From the NCBI GenBank assembly GCA_003990765.1, contig RBNJ01000201.1, forward strand, positions 1 to 36,778: a stretch of 36,778 nt of DNA, read 5' to 3'. The notes beneath the pieces are model-generated. The model worked only from the letters and a program-made list of their open reading frames with translations, searched no databases and was not told where the DNA came from. This document shows positions 35,034 through 36,778 of the stretch, in pieces (the first letter of the stretch is position 1; each line of letters begins with the position of its first letter). The position numbers and the translations under genes were made by a program. This stretch comes from Jimgerdemannia flammicorona (lineage: Eukaryota).

Positions 35034-35736
35034 GTCATGCAGTTAGAATCTTTTGTCATCACGAAAGAACAAAAAATGTTTTTATTTTATTTTATTTTAT
35101 GGCATTGAGTAAGTTTCTTGAGAAAAATGGTGTCAACGCACGGCTTTATTGAACAACGATTTGTGCATTTAAATTTAGAAACACTCCACAAGCAACCTTA
35201 GTCCCTTGTAGAAAGTAAATACTTCAACATCCATATGCAAACGTAATCGAAAATAGAAGATTGTTCTGGAGAGACAATCGGGTATAGCAACGCATAAAGC
35301 GACAGGGGGAGAATACGTAGCAACCACACGCAAACGACTAGACTTCGTGACGAGCATCATTGCAAGGATGCCAGACATCATGCATGTTAGGTATAGTGGT
35401 TGCAAGCCACCCAAATTGAGAATCTTTGCGTTTTGGAACGCTCTTGGGAAACGAACGGGGGATATATGATGAGTAATCGTAATAATGATAGCTGGAATGT
35501 GTCGGCTCGTTCTTTCTCAGCTGCGTACTTGTACTTTGAGCTCCGCGAAAACCATGTTACCGTGGCATTAGATTTCCGCACGTGCCAAGAAACAAAACGT
35601 GGAACGGAGATTGTCACGATAATAATATCCGAAAGAGCGCGGAAATGGGAGGGGAAAGGCATGTATGCAACGGGCCGATGGAAACACCGCATCATTTTAG
35701 CTCATTAACACACCAGGGTCCCACGGGTGGGTAGAG

Positions 35737-35779
35737 GATATCAGATGGCCAAGATATCTGATGGCCAAGATATCTGATG
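35737..35779. promoter_or_regulatory. Three tandem ATCWGATAT GATA elements (SreA/Fep1-type iron-repressor sites) upstream of mitoferrin
   Basis: 16-bp unit GATATCWGATGGCCAA, nearly three copies. The minus strand reads ATCTGATAT/ATCAGATAT. Confidence 0.6.
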
Positions 35780-36019
35780 CATTCGTCCAACCCGATTCTC
35801 GCCAAAGGTCCGCGGTGTGTAACTCCATGATCTCTAAGGGAGTTCAGGGTGCAGATTTTTTTTTTTTTTTTTGTGTGTCCTATCATACCCCGCACTGACA
35901 CTGAGGACACTGAGACCGTCGAGGCCAGATAAATACTGAGCCCTCCTTGGTGCCAGAGCTTGGATATTTTATAAAAAATTAGAACCACACAAATCACACA
36001 CTCCTAACTTTTATCAACC

Positions 36020-36699
36020 ATGTCACTTGAAACCCGCCCCGCGATCCACGCAGAACTTCCTCTCTTGATCACAGCAAACTTGATGGACGCAGTAGAAGAC
36101 CACGACTACGAGTCCCTCGGCTCGAATTCGAGCATGCTCGCCAACGCTATCGCCGGTGCCTTGGCTGGTATTGCCGAGCATAGTATAATGTTCCCCGTGG
36201 ATAGCATTAAGGTACCTAACCGACGTGTGCTGGTTTATTATTATTATCTATGTGAGTGGAGACTGCAGCCAGGGTTGACGCCGTCAATTTCTCACAAACG
36301 CGGACTGGTGCACGCGCGTGCGCGCTCCTGGGTCCCTGGGAAACTCTCGCCTTGGCCACCGACTCCTCCGTGCTCACCAAGCATCCTCCCTCCTTCCTAC
36401 CCTACCACCTCAGACTCGCATGCAAGTGCTGAACCTGACCCGACAAGCCAGGTACACGGGCATCGGAAACGCGTTTTCTCGGATCACGACGACAGAGGGT
36501 GCGCGAACGCTGTGGCGCGGCGTCAACTCGGTGGTGATCGGCGCCGGCCCCGCGCACGCGCTCTATTTCGCTACATACGAGCACTGCAAGGAGGCCTTTG
36601 GTGGGAACGTGGCCACGGAGGGGCACCACTTGTTGGCGACGGGAGCTGCAGGCGCGTGTGCGACCATCGCGGCCGACGCGCTCATGAATCCATTCGATG
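36020..36699 (+). CDS. MRS3: Mitochondrial iron carrier Mrs3/Mrs4 (mitoferrin), 5' part; exons 36020-36211 and 36414-36699, continues beyond the window
   Basis: DYESL...AGALAGIAEHSIMFPVDSIKTRMQ, LWRGVNSVVIGAGPAHALYFATYE and ADALMNPFD are mitoferrin signature motifs. Alternative in-frame ATG at 36083. Confidence 0.93.
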
Positions 36700-36778
36700 G
36701 TGCGTACCGATTATGAGCTTGGGTTTTGGGTTTTGGGAATTAGTTCGGCGCGGGGGATGTGAGTTTTTTTTTTTTTTT

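Noticed and set aside
35892..35915. CACTGA repeats as iron-responsive elements (CAGTG loops)
   Set aside because: CAGTG would be on the antisense strand, upstream of the TATA box, and there is no stem.

Overview
Eukaryotic, intron-rich fungal DNA. The best fit is an early-diverging Mucoromycota-type genome (inference from a gamma-secretase PEN-2 gene, a U12 AT-AC intron and a PD-(D/E)xK-like repeat family). About 1-9.6 kb is a repeat and pseudogene zone: a hAT-like element end, a fold-back pair of copies of one element differing almost only by C>T/G>A transitions, an AT-rich relic and a multi-exon pseudogene. About 9.7-36.8 kb is compact housekeeping genes: Sec7/BIG ARF-GEF, U3 snoRNA-associated protein, HAC1/XBP1-like bZIP, RNase H2A, mitochondrial uL2m, PEN-2, Sds3, DDHD phospholipase, Tpa1/OGFOD1 and mitoferrin (partial). 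Top signals: (1) a complete IRE1-type unconventional 107-nt intron in the bZIP gene, with two CAG|CAGC hairpins, a closing stem, an exon zipper and a metazoan XBP1u/XBP1s-like dual-coding tail; (2) a minor-spliceosome AT-AC intron in Sds3 with a distant branch point; (3) three tandem SreA/Fep1-type GATA elements upstream of mitoferrin; (4) RIP-like transition load in the repeats. All calls were read by eye; no searches were run.
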